A DNA stretch of 64,000 nt from Gemmatimonadota bacterium (GTDB lineage: Bacteria > Gemmatimonadota > Gemmatimonadetes > Gemmatimonadales > GWC2-71-9), in the NCBI GenBank assembly GCA_009692185.1, contig SHZT01000009.1:49335-113334 (forward strand), read 5' to 3'. The notes under the pieces are model-generated. The model was not told the DNA's origin and ran no database searches. It saw nothing but the letters and a program-made list of their open reading frames with translations. Numbering within the stretch: position 1 is the stretch's first letter; every line of letters begins with the position of its first letter. Both the position numbers and the translations under genes were made by a program. Positions 53,353 through 60,504 of the stretch are shown here, in pieces.

Positions 53353-54299
53353 CGTGTTTTGCTTTTCCCTTTTCCCTTTTCCCTTTTCCCGCTTCTCGAT
53401 CCGCCCATCAACGTCGCCATCAACGCTTTCTGCACGTGAAGCCTGTTCTCCGCCTGGTCCCACACCCGGGAATGCGAACCTTCCATTACCTCGTCGGTGA
53501 CTTCCTCCCCACGGTGTGCGGGCAGGCAGTGAAGAAAAATGGCGTTCTTTGCGGCGAGCCCCATGAGATTGTCGTCCACCATGTATCCGTGAAACGCCAG
53601 CCGCCGTGCTTCGGCTTCCGCTTCCTGGCCCATCGAAGCCCAGACATCCGTGTTGATCACGTGCGCTCCCCTGGCTGCCTCTTCGGGCTCCTCGGTCACG
53701 GATACGTCGGCTCGAGACTTGGCCCACTCGAAAATCTCCCGGTTGGGCTCATAGCCCTCCGGGCAGGCGATGCGCAGGGTAAACCCCAGCTGGCCGGCCG
53801 CCTGCAACCACGTGTTGGCCATGTTGTTCCCGTCGCCGATCCACGCCACGACCTTGCCCTTCCAGCCGCCCAGGCATTCGCGCACCGTCAGGAGATCCGC
53901 GAGCACCTGGCAGGGGTGCAAGAGGTCCGTGAGTCCGTTGATGACCGGTACGGCCGCGTGACGGGCTAGGTCCTCGACCTCGTCGTGCGCATACGTCCGG
54001 ATGACGATCCCGTTCAGGTAGCGTGAGAGCACCCGCGCGGTGTCACGGATCGGCTCTCCCCGGCCCAGCTGGAGGTCACGAGACGAGAGGAACATGGGGT
54101 GCCCGCCGAGCTGATAGGTGCCCACCTCGAACGACACCCGGGTCCGCGTGCTGCTCTTGGCGAACAGCATCCCCACGGCCTTGCCGGCCAGTGGCCTGGC
54201 CAGGTACTTCCCCGCCTTCATCGCGGCCGCCATGTCCAGCACGGCCCCGATTTCCTTCGGGGAAAAGTCCGTCAGTGCGAGAAAGTCCCGTTTAGGCAT
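53349..54299 (-). CDS. argF: ornithine carbamoyltransferase
   Basis: Contains STRTRVSFE, HPCQVLAD, DVWASMGQE and HCLPAHRGEEV. The start is chosen at MPKRDF (54299). Confidence 0.9.
   Translation of the reverse strand: MPKRDFLALTDFSPKEIGAVLDMAAAMKAGKYLARPLAGKAVGMLFAKSSTRTRVSFEVGTYQLGGHPMFLSSRDLQLGRGEPIRDTARVLSRYLNGIVIRTYAHDEVEDLARHAAVPVINGLTDLLHPCQVLADLLTVRECLGGWKGKVVAWIGDGNNMANTWLQAAGQLGFTLRIACPEGYEPNREIFEWAKSRADVSVTEEPEEAARGAHVINTDVWASMGQEAEAEARRLAFHGYMVDDNLMGLAAKNAIFLHCLPAHRGEEVTDEVMEGSHSRVWDQAENRLHVQKALMATLMGGSRSGKREKGKGKSKTR
53354..53397. repeat. (CTTTTCC)4 heptamer tract, which reads (GGGAAAA)4 on the coding strand, at the argF/gcvT junction
   Basis: Four exact heptamers span 53362-53389, flanked by degenerate copies. 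They are translated as the argF tail [14 protein letters not shown]. Confidence 0.9.
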
Positions 54300-54437
54300 G
54301 ATTGAGCGTCCAAGTACGTCAAAATGACAGGGAAACATAACCACGAAGTGGGGGGGTGGCACCAAGTAGCGAGATTGGGCGACCCTGCTGGCTCCCACGG
54401 CATCTCTATGGCAACGTACGACCCCACAGGAGCACCC

Positions 54438-54945
54438 ATGCTACGGCAGACAGCAGTCGCACTCATCGGGGTTGGCCCTTTACGGAAACAGGGCCTACTC
54501 CCAGGAACATGCGCACACCGCCGGAATGGCCCACCCCGCCGAGGATTCCACCTTCACGGCGCTCAAGGAGCGCGGCGGCAAGGCCATGCGGGTTGACCAG
54601 GACGCGTCTGCCCACGTGTTCGATGCGTTGCCGGACGGCGGACGGATAGAGCTGCAGGCAACCGATGACGACCGTGCGGCCATCGACGGAATCCGCGAGC
54701 ATTTCAAGGAGATCGAGACGGCGTTCCGGAAAGGGGACTTCGCGATACCGATGTTCGTCCACGACGGGGAGGTTCCGGGAACCGCGGTCATGGCTGCGGG
54801 GAGGAACAAGATCGTGTATGTCCGGCGAGACCTGCCACGGGGCGCCGAGCTACTCCTTCAAACGAGCGATTCGGAAGTCGTCAACGCGATCAGGGGATTC
54901 ATGAACTTTCAGCGCTCGGAGCATCGCGCCGGAGGACAGCCGTAA
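54438..54945 (+). CDS. hypothetical exported protein; apparent frameshift at 54468-54472
   Basis: AGGAG sits 6 nt before the ATG at 54438. MLRQTAVALIGVG is then out of frame with the long ORF 54472..54945, and a 1-nt change in a GGGG run would join them. Confidence 0.45.
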
Positions 54946-55005
54946 TCCCGCCATGGCGCCCGGAACCCCCACCTGTAAGTTCTGGTGTCCGCTTGCAGGG
55001 GTCCC

Positions 55006-55458
55006 ATGGGGGAACTGGCTGATCGACTGCGCGCCGCATTAGGCGACGCCTATCGTCTCGACCGCGAATTAGGCGGCGGGGGGATGAGCCGGCTGTTCCT
55101 CGCCACCGAGGCCTCGCTCGACCGCCGGGTCGTCATCAAGCTCCTGCCACCCGAATTCACCAGCGACGTGAGCGCTGCCCGGTTCGAGCAGGAGATCCGG
55201 CTCGCGGCCCACTTGCAGCATCCGCACATACTCCCCGTCCTCACCGCCGGCGCAAAGGACGGACTGCTCTACTACGTCATGCCCTATGTGCCCGGCGAGT
55301 CCCTGCGGCATCTCGCAGCCCTGACCGGGGACACCACCGGGGCCGTCAAGGCATACTCTCACTACCTCGCGCTGCGCTACGACCCGGAGCCGTCCATCAA
55401 GCCCGAGGTGGACCGGATTCGCGCCGAGCTGGCGAGATTGGTGGCGGAAAGAAACTGA
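55006..55458 (+). pseudogene. Ser/Thr kinase remnant (N-lobe fused to a C-terminal tail, catalytic loop deleted)
   Basis: It reads LGGGGMSRLFLA...VVIKLL...ARFEQEIRLAAHLQHPHILPV...YYVMPYVPGESLRH, then jumps directly to LAALTGDTTGAVKAYSHYLALRYDPEPSIKPEVDRIRAEL. There are no HRD or DFG motifs. Confidence 0.6.
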
Positions 55459-55496
55459 ATGGCTTGCCTTTCTCCCGCCAGGGAGAGGGGTGAGGC

Positions 55497-55859
55497 TCAG
55501 GCCGCGAGGGGGATGCGTTTCGAGCGGCGGAGCCGACGATCGCGGGTCACCAGCGGTACGCCGTGCACCACACTCGTAGCGCCAATCAGCTCGTCGGCCG
55601 GGTCTCCCTTGATATCGAGCCGGCAGCTCTCCCGGCACACTTCCCAGCTCAGCGGCCACGTGTGAATGCGCGCGAGCGCCCGGGTAACGTCGGCGTCGTC
55701 CACGTCCAGGACGATTCGCCCCAGCTGGTGCAACTTGCAGATCTCCCACCGAACGATGGCGGAAATACTCCAGGTATCCCCGGACAACAGCGCCCGCTCC
55801 CGGGCGGTCAACCGGCCGCCCAGGGCATGCAACAAGATGTGGGTATCAAGATTCAGCAT
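55497..55859 (-). CDS. vapC: type II toxin, PIN-domain (VapC family)
   Basis: MLNLDTHILLHAL...ISAIVRWEI...DPADELIGATSVVHGVPLVTRD shows a PIN acidic-residue pattern. Confidence 0.8.
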   Translation of the reverse strand: MLNLDTHILLHALGGRLTARERALLSGDTWSISAIVRWEICKLHQLGRIVLDVDDADVTRALARIHTWPLSWEVCRESCRLDIKGDPADELIGATSVVHGVPLVTRDRRLRRSKRIPLAA

Positions 55860-56070
55860 TCCAGGAGGCCCCGGTAAAAACAACATCTCCGGTAATCTTC
55901 AGCTTGCCCTCGAGCGATCCCAGGAGACCGCGGGACTCGCCATGGACCGGGATGAGCTTCGCCACCGGTTTCCCATGCTTGGTGATCACAATGCCATCCG
56001 GGCCGACGGCGTCCAGCAACGCCAGGCACTGCTGCTTGAACTGGGCCGCCCCGATGATCTTTGGTGGCAT
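55846..56070 (-). CDS. type II antitoxin (Phd/YefM-like)
   Basis: This 74-aa protein reads ..GAAQFKQQCLALLDAVGPDGIVITKHGKPVAKLIP. It overlaps the vapC start by 14 nt. Confidence 0.7.
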   Translation of the reverse strand: MPPKIIGAAQFKQQCLALLDAVGPDGIVITKHGKPVAKLIPVHGESRGLLGSLEGKLKITGDVVFTGASWNAES

Positions 56071-56093
56071 GATATAGTGTCCTGATTATGTGT

Positions 56094-56114
56094 CTGGACG
56101 TAATTTACGTCCAG
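56094..56114. promoter_or_regulatory. perfect 10-bp palindrome CTGGACGTAA-T-TTACGTCCAG upstream of the antitoxin gene (putative TA operator)
   Basis: The arms are exact reverse complements (hand-checked). The palindrome lies 24-44 nt upstream of the antitoxin ATG, next to a CATAAT -10-like hexamer on the minus strand. Confidence 0.55.
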
Positions 56115-56134
56115 TATGGCCACGGCGCCAGCGC

Positions 56135-57610
56135 CTACAGGATGTATTTCCGCAGGTCTTCGTCCTCGACGATCTTCATCAGGCGATTCCGGACGCTCTC
56201 GGCGTCAAACACCGCCTTCTTTTCCGCCACGTTCGGCAAGTCGAACAGCAAGTCTTCCAACAGCGTGGTCATGATCGTGTGCAGCCGGCGGGCGCCGATG
56301 TTCTCCAGCCGCTCGTTGACCAGCGTCGCGATGCGGGCGATTTCGTCAATGCCATCCTTGGTGAACTCGAGCGTCGCGCCGTCCGCCGCCACCAGTGCCT
56401 GGTACTGCTTGGTGAGCGCGTTCTCCGGCTCGGTCATGATGCGGACAAAGTCTTCCCGGGTCAGCGGCAGCAGTTCCACGCGAATCGGGAAGCGTCCCTG
56501 GAGTTCGGGAATCAGGTCGGACGGCTTTGCCACCGAAAACGCGCCGGCCGCGATGAACAGCACGTGGTCCGTGCGCACGTAGCCATAGCGGGTCTGGACA
56601 GTTGACCCTTCCACGATGGGGAGCAGGTCCCGCTGTACGCCCTCGCGGGACACATCGGGCCCTACCGTCCCCCGCTCACCGGCGATCTTGTCCAGCTCGT
56701 CAATGAAAATCACGCCGTGGTTCTCGACCCGGTCGAGGGCCTCGTTCACCACGTCGTCCATGTCCACCAGCTTCTTGAGTTCTTCGTCCACCAAAATGCG
56801 CCGGGCCTCGGTCACGCGCACCGTACGGCGCTTCTTCCGCCGGGGCAGCATGTCCTGCATCCACTCGGTGAAAGTGAAATCGGGGCCCTCGGAACCCTGG
56901 GGCGGCTGCATCATCTCGAACATGGGCGGCATGTTCTGCTGGGTGACCTCGATCTCGATTTCTTTTTCCTCCAGCTTGCCGTCCTTGAGCAACGCCCGGA
57001 GTTTTTCGCGCGTCCGGCCCCGGCGCTCACCCTGCTGCTTGTCCTCCTGGTCGTCTACCACCAGCTCGGGCTTGGCCTTGTCCCTTGGTTCGTCCTTCGG
57101 CTTGTCACCGGCCGCGATCTCCACCGGCGGCAGGAGGAGATCCAGCAGGCGCTCCTCGGCGCGCTGTTCGGCCGTGGGGTACACGTCATCTTCCCGCTCG
57201 CCGCGGACCATGTTGATGGACGCGTCCACCAGGTCGCGCACCATGGACTCCACGTCCCGGCCCACGTAGCCCACCTCGGTGAACTTGGACGCTTCCACCT
57301 TGATAAACGGGGCGCCGGCGAGGCGCGCCAGCCGCCGGGCGATCTCCGTTTTCCCGACGCCGGTCGGGCCGATCATGATAATGTTGTTGGGCAGGATCTC
57401 GTCCCGGATCGCCTCGGGCGCCTGCGCGCGCCGCCACCGGTTTCGCACTGCGATGGCAACCGCCTTCTTCGCCGCCTGCTGGCCCACGATATAGCGGTCC
57501 AGCTCCGCCACGATCTGCCGGGGCGGAAGTTCCTCCAGCCATGGCAGCGCCGGCGGCGCTACCGGTGTGGCAGCGTCAGTGTCTGCCTGCTTCGCAACCG
57601 GTTCGGTCAT
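56135..57610 (-). CDS. hslU: ATP-dependent protease ATPase subunit HslU
   Basis: Contains [37 protein letters not shown] and IFIDELDKI, with the C-terminus ...EDLRKYIL. The start forms an ATGA overlap with hslV. Confidence 0.95.
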   Translation of the reverse strand: MTEPVAKQADTDAATPVAPPALPWLEELPPRQIVAELDRYIVGQQAAKKAVAIAVRNRWRRAQAPEAIRDEILPNNIIMIGPTGVGKTEIARRLARLAGAPFIKVEASKFTEVGYVGRDVESMVRDLVDASINMVRGEREDDVYPTAEQRAEERLLDLLLPPVEIAAGDKPKDEPRDKAKPELVVDDQEDKQQGERRGRTREKLRALLKDGKLEEKEIEIEVTQQNMPPMFEMMQPPQGSEGPDFTFTEWMQDMLPRRKKRRTVRVTEARRILVDEELKKLVDMDDVVNEALDRVENHGVIFIDELDKIAGERGTVGPDVSREGVQRDLLPIVEGSTVQTRYGYVRTDHVLFIAAGAFSVAKPSDLIPELQGRFPIRVELLPLTREDFVRIMTEPENALTKQYQALVAADGATLEFTKDGIDEIARIATLVNERLENIGARRLHTIMTTLLEDLLFDLPNVAEKKAVFDAESVRNRLMKIVEDEDLRKYIL

Positions 57611-58149
57611 GTCAGCTCGACGATCGTCACGTTCTCGTTGGTAAAAACGCAAATGTCCGCGGCGATCTTGAGGCTCCGCTCCACGACTTCGCGCACGGTG
57701 AGTGTCGAATTGGCCACGAGGGCCCGCGCCGCGGCCAGGGCGAAGTTGCCGCCGCTGCCGATCGCGAGCATCCCGTCGTCGGGCTCGATCAGCTCGCCGG
57801 ACCCGGAGATGACGAACCCGTTTTCCTTGTTGGCCACCACCAGGAGCGCCTCGAGCCGCCGCAACACGCGGTCACTCCGCCAGTCCTTGGCCAGCTCGAC
57901 CGCCGCGCGGGGCAGGTTGCCGGGAAAGCGCTGGAGCTTTTCCTCGAACTTCTCGAACAGCGTGAACGCGTCAGCCGCGGCGCCGGCGAACCCCGCCAGC
58001 ACGGTTCCACCCGCGAGCAGGCGGACCTTGTTGGCGTGGGACTTCATCACGGTCTCACCCACCGTGACCTGCCCATCGCCGCCCATGGCGACTTTGCCGT
58101 CGCGGCGGACGGCGAGGATCGTCGTGGCTCGAATGCGTTCGCGTGTCAT
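57607..58149 (-). CDS. hslV: ATP-dependent protease subunit HslV
   Basis: Contains [21 protein letters not shown] (N-terminal Thr nucleophile) and [14 protein letters not shown]. Confidence 0.95.
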   Translation of the reverse strand: MTRERIRATTILAVRRDGKVAMGGDGQVTVGETVMKSHANKVRLLAGGTVLAGFAGAAADAFTLFEKFEEKLQRFPGNLPRAAVELAKDWRSDRVLRRLEALLVVANKENGFVISGSGELIEPDDGMLAIGSGGNFALAAARALVANSTLTVREVVERSLKIAADICVFTNENVTIVELT

Positions 58150-58171
58150 CTCTCTCCCGTAAGCATAACCG

Positions 58172-59119
58172 CTATGCCCGTGGGTGCGCCTGATGATAGA
58201 CCTTTTTCAGGCGCTCCACGCTCGTGTGTGTATAGATCTGGGTCGTCGAAAGCGATGCGTGTCCGAGAAGCTCCTGCACGGCACGCAGGTCGGCCCCGGC
58301 ATCGAGCATGTGGGTCGCGAAACTATGCCGCAGGCTGTGCACCCGGAGCCCCGCGCTGTCCGCGAGCCCCTCCAGCATGTGGCGCACGATCGCCTGCACG
58401 CCCCGGACAGAGAGGCGCCTGCCTCTTTGCGAAAGAAACAGCGCCCGTGGGTCGGCTTTCCCCTGCTCCACATCATGCGCGAGCACTTGTCGTTCCCCGT
58501 GGTACGCCCGGAGGGCCTGCACTGCCCTGCTCCCAAGAGGCAGGATGCGTTCTTTCCGGCCCTTGCCACGCACCTTCACCTGGTCCGACACCAGGTCAAG
58601 ATCGGCGAGGCTGATCCCCGCCAGCTCGGACAGTCGCATGCCGGTTCCATAGAACAGCTCGAGCATGGCCAGGTCCCGGGTGCCCCGGAATCCGCCGCCC
58701 ATGGCCCTGGTTTCCGCCGAGTGGAATAACGCATCGACCTGGTTCCGGTCCATGAGCACGGGCAGGCGCCGTTCGAGCTTGGGTGTCCGAACCGCCAGGG
58801 CCGGGTTCACGCTCACACCATGCCGCACGGCCAGGAACCGGTAAAACGTCCGCAGGGCCGACAACGCCCGCGCAACCGATCGCTTGGCCAAGCCCTGGCG
58901 CTGGAGCTCACCCATGAAGCTCCGCACCGCCAAGCGGTCCACGGTGGGCCACTGCCACGCGGGCCCGCCGAAGTAGCCGTCACAAAACGCCTGGAAGTGT
59001 CCCAGGTCTCTACCGTAAGCAGCGACCGTGTTCGGCGAGTCGTTCCGCTCCTTCGCGAGAAACGCTATGAACTCGAGGATCTCTCCCCGGGGCTCCGCCG
59101 CCGTCGCCCCCGGGCTCAT
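58172..59119 (-). CDS. xerC: tyrosine recombinase XerC/XerD
   Basis: Contains [35 protein letters not shown]. Its position in a conserved topA-trmFO-xerC-hslVU context fits. Confidence 0.9.
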   Translation of the reverse strand: MSPGATAAEPRGEILEFIAFLAKERNDSPNTVAAYGRDLGHFQAFCDGYFGGPAWQWPTVDRLAVRSFMGELQRQGLAKRSVARALSALRTFYRFLAVRHGVSVNPALAVRTPKLERRLPVLMDRNQVDALFHSAETRAMGGGFRGTRDLAMLELFYGTGMRLSELAGISLADLDLVSDQVKVRGKGRKERILPLGSRAVQALRAYHGERQVLAHDVEQGKADPRALFLSQRGRRLSVRGVQAIVRHMLEGLADSAGLRVHSLRHSFATHMLDAGADLRAVQELLGHASLSTTQIYTHTSVERLKKVYHQAHPRA

Positions 59120-60504
59120 GCGGGTACCGCCCCGGCCTGTTCGACGAACGAGCGCATCGCGGCGAGCGCCCGGTCTGCGAAACGCTCCCGTTTCTTGTCC
59201 TTGTCCTTCACGCGCTCGGGCAGGTCGGGCAGCAGGCCGAAGTTTGCATTCATCGGCTGAAAATGCGCCGGATCCGCCTCGTGTACGTACCGGAGTAGTG
59301 CGCCCAGCATCGTCTCGGGCGGCGGGACCACGGCCGGGACGCCCGAGAGCATTCGCGAGAGATTGATCCCCGCGAGCAGCCCCGTACCCAGCGACTCGGT
59401 GTACCCCTCTACCCCCACCAACTGGCCGGCGAACAGCACCCGGTCGTCATCGCGCGTGGAGAGGTGGGCCGTCAGCGCGGCTGGCGAATTCACGTACGTG
59501 TTCCGGTGAATGCTGCCGTACCGCAGAAACTCGGCATTGGCCAATCCTGGAACCATGGCCAACACGCGCCTCTGCTCGGGAATCTTCAGCCGCGTCTGGA
59601 ACCCAACGAGGTTCCACATCTGCCCCGCCCGGTCATCCTGACGGAGCTGCACGACCGCATAGGGCTCCCGTCCCGTGCGCGGGTCGGGCAGGCCCACCGG
59701 CTTCATCGGCCCGAACCGGAGCGTTTCCCTGCCTCGCCGCGCCATTTCTTCGACCGGAAGGCATCCTTCGAAGTAGGGGATAGCGGGAGAGGCAGCGGTG
59801 GCAGGTGGGGCAGAAGATGCCTGCCCCTGCTGCCTCACCTGCCCCTCCTGCGGCAGTTCGTCGAAATCGTGTCCTTCGAATTGGTCAGCCGCAATCAACG
59901 CGTTAACGAACGCCTCGTACTCATCCTTCGAAAAGGGCGCGTTGATGTAGTCGTCTCCGCCGCCTTTGCCGTAGCGCGACAGGCGGTACACCCGGTCCAG
60001 GTCGAGCGATTCGTGGGAGACAATCGGGGCGATCGCGTCGTAAAACGCGAGGGCGTCCAGGCCGAGGCGCGCGCGAATCACCTGCGCCAGCCGATCTGAC
60101 GTAAGCGGCCCCGTCGCGATGACCGCGGGAGACGGAAGTTCGGCTATTTCCCCCCGGACAATCTCGATGTTAGGGTGACCCGAGATCCGCTTCGTCACGT
60201 CGAGACTGAACACGTCGCGGTCCACCGCCAGGGCCGACCCCCCGGGCACTCGCGCGCGGTCCGCCGCGTCGAGGAGGAAACTCCCGAGCAGGCGCAACTC
60301 GGCCTTGAGCAGGCCGTGCGCGTTGGTCAGCTCGACGGACTTGAACGTGTTGCTGCAGACGATCTCGGCGAGATGGTCAGTCTGGTGCGCGGGCGTCCGG
60401 ACAAGCGGACGCATTTCGTGCAGCGTAACCCTGTGCCCCCTGGTGGCCAGGGCCCAGGCGGCCTCGCAGCCCGCCAGCCCCCCACCCACGACGGCCACCC
60501 TCAC
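59116..60504 (-). CDS. trmFO: methylenetetrahydrofolate--tRNA-(uracil-5-)-methyltransferase TrmFO
   Basis: Contains VAVVGGGLAGCEAAWALA and FAGQLVGVEGYTESLGTGLLAG. It holds a low-complexity insert, PQEGQVRQQGQASSAPPATAASPAIP. Confidence 0.9.
   Translation of the reverse strand: MRVAVVGGGLAGCEAAWALATRGHRVTLHEMRPLVRTPAHQTDHLAEIVCSNTFKSVELTNAHGLLKAELRLLGSFLLDAADRARVPGGSALAVDRDVFSLDVTKRISGHPNIEIVRGEIAELPSPAVIATGPLTSDRLAQVIRARLGLDALAFYDAIAPIVSHESLDLDRVYRLSRYGKGGGDDYINAPFSKDEYEAFVNALIAADQFEGHDFDELPQEGQVRQQGQASSAPPATAASPAIPYFEGCLPVEEMARRGRETLRFGPMKPVGLPDPRTGREPYAVVQLRQDDRAGQMWNLVGFQTRLKIPEQRRVLAMVPGLANAEFLRYGSIHRNTYVNSPAALTAHLSTRDDDRVLFAGQLVGVEGYTESLGTGLLAGINLSRMLSGVPAVVPPPETMLGALLRYVHEADPAHFQPMNANFGLLPDLPERVKDKDKKRERFADRALAAMRSFVEQAGAVPA
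59789..59855. repeat. imperfect inverted/direct repeats of GGGGCAG/CTGCCCC units inside trmFO
   Basis: The sequence is AGGCAGCGGTGGCAGGTGGGGCAG ... CTGCCCCTGCTGCCTCACCTGCCCCTCCTGCGGCAG. CAGGTGGGGCAG against CTGCCCCTCCTG pairs at 11 of 12 positions. Confidence 0.7.

Noticed and set aside
52212-53397. Heptamer tracts and other short tandem repeats as CRISPR arrays.
   Set aside because: The units are 7-15 nt with no unique spacers. Arrays are shorter than 45 nt, and no cas genes are present.
53353-53400. A glycine riboswitch upstream of gcvT.
   Set aside because: The gcvT ATG overlaps the argF stop. The only upstream sequence is the heptamer tract inside argF, which leaves no room for a riboswitch of about 100 nt or more.
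58172-59119. The tyrosine recombinase as an integrase marking a mobile element.
   Set aside because: It sits in the widely conserved topA-trmFO-xerC-hslV-hslU block and has overlapping stop/start junctions with its neighbours. No att-like repeats or cargo genes are present. This is consistent with chromosomal XerC/XerD.
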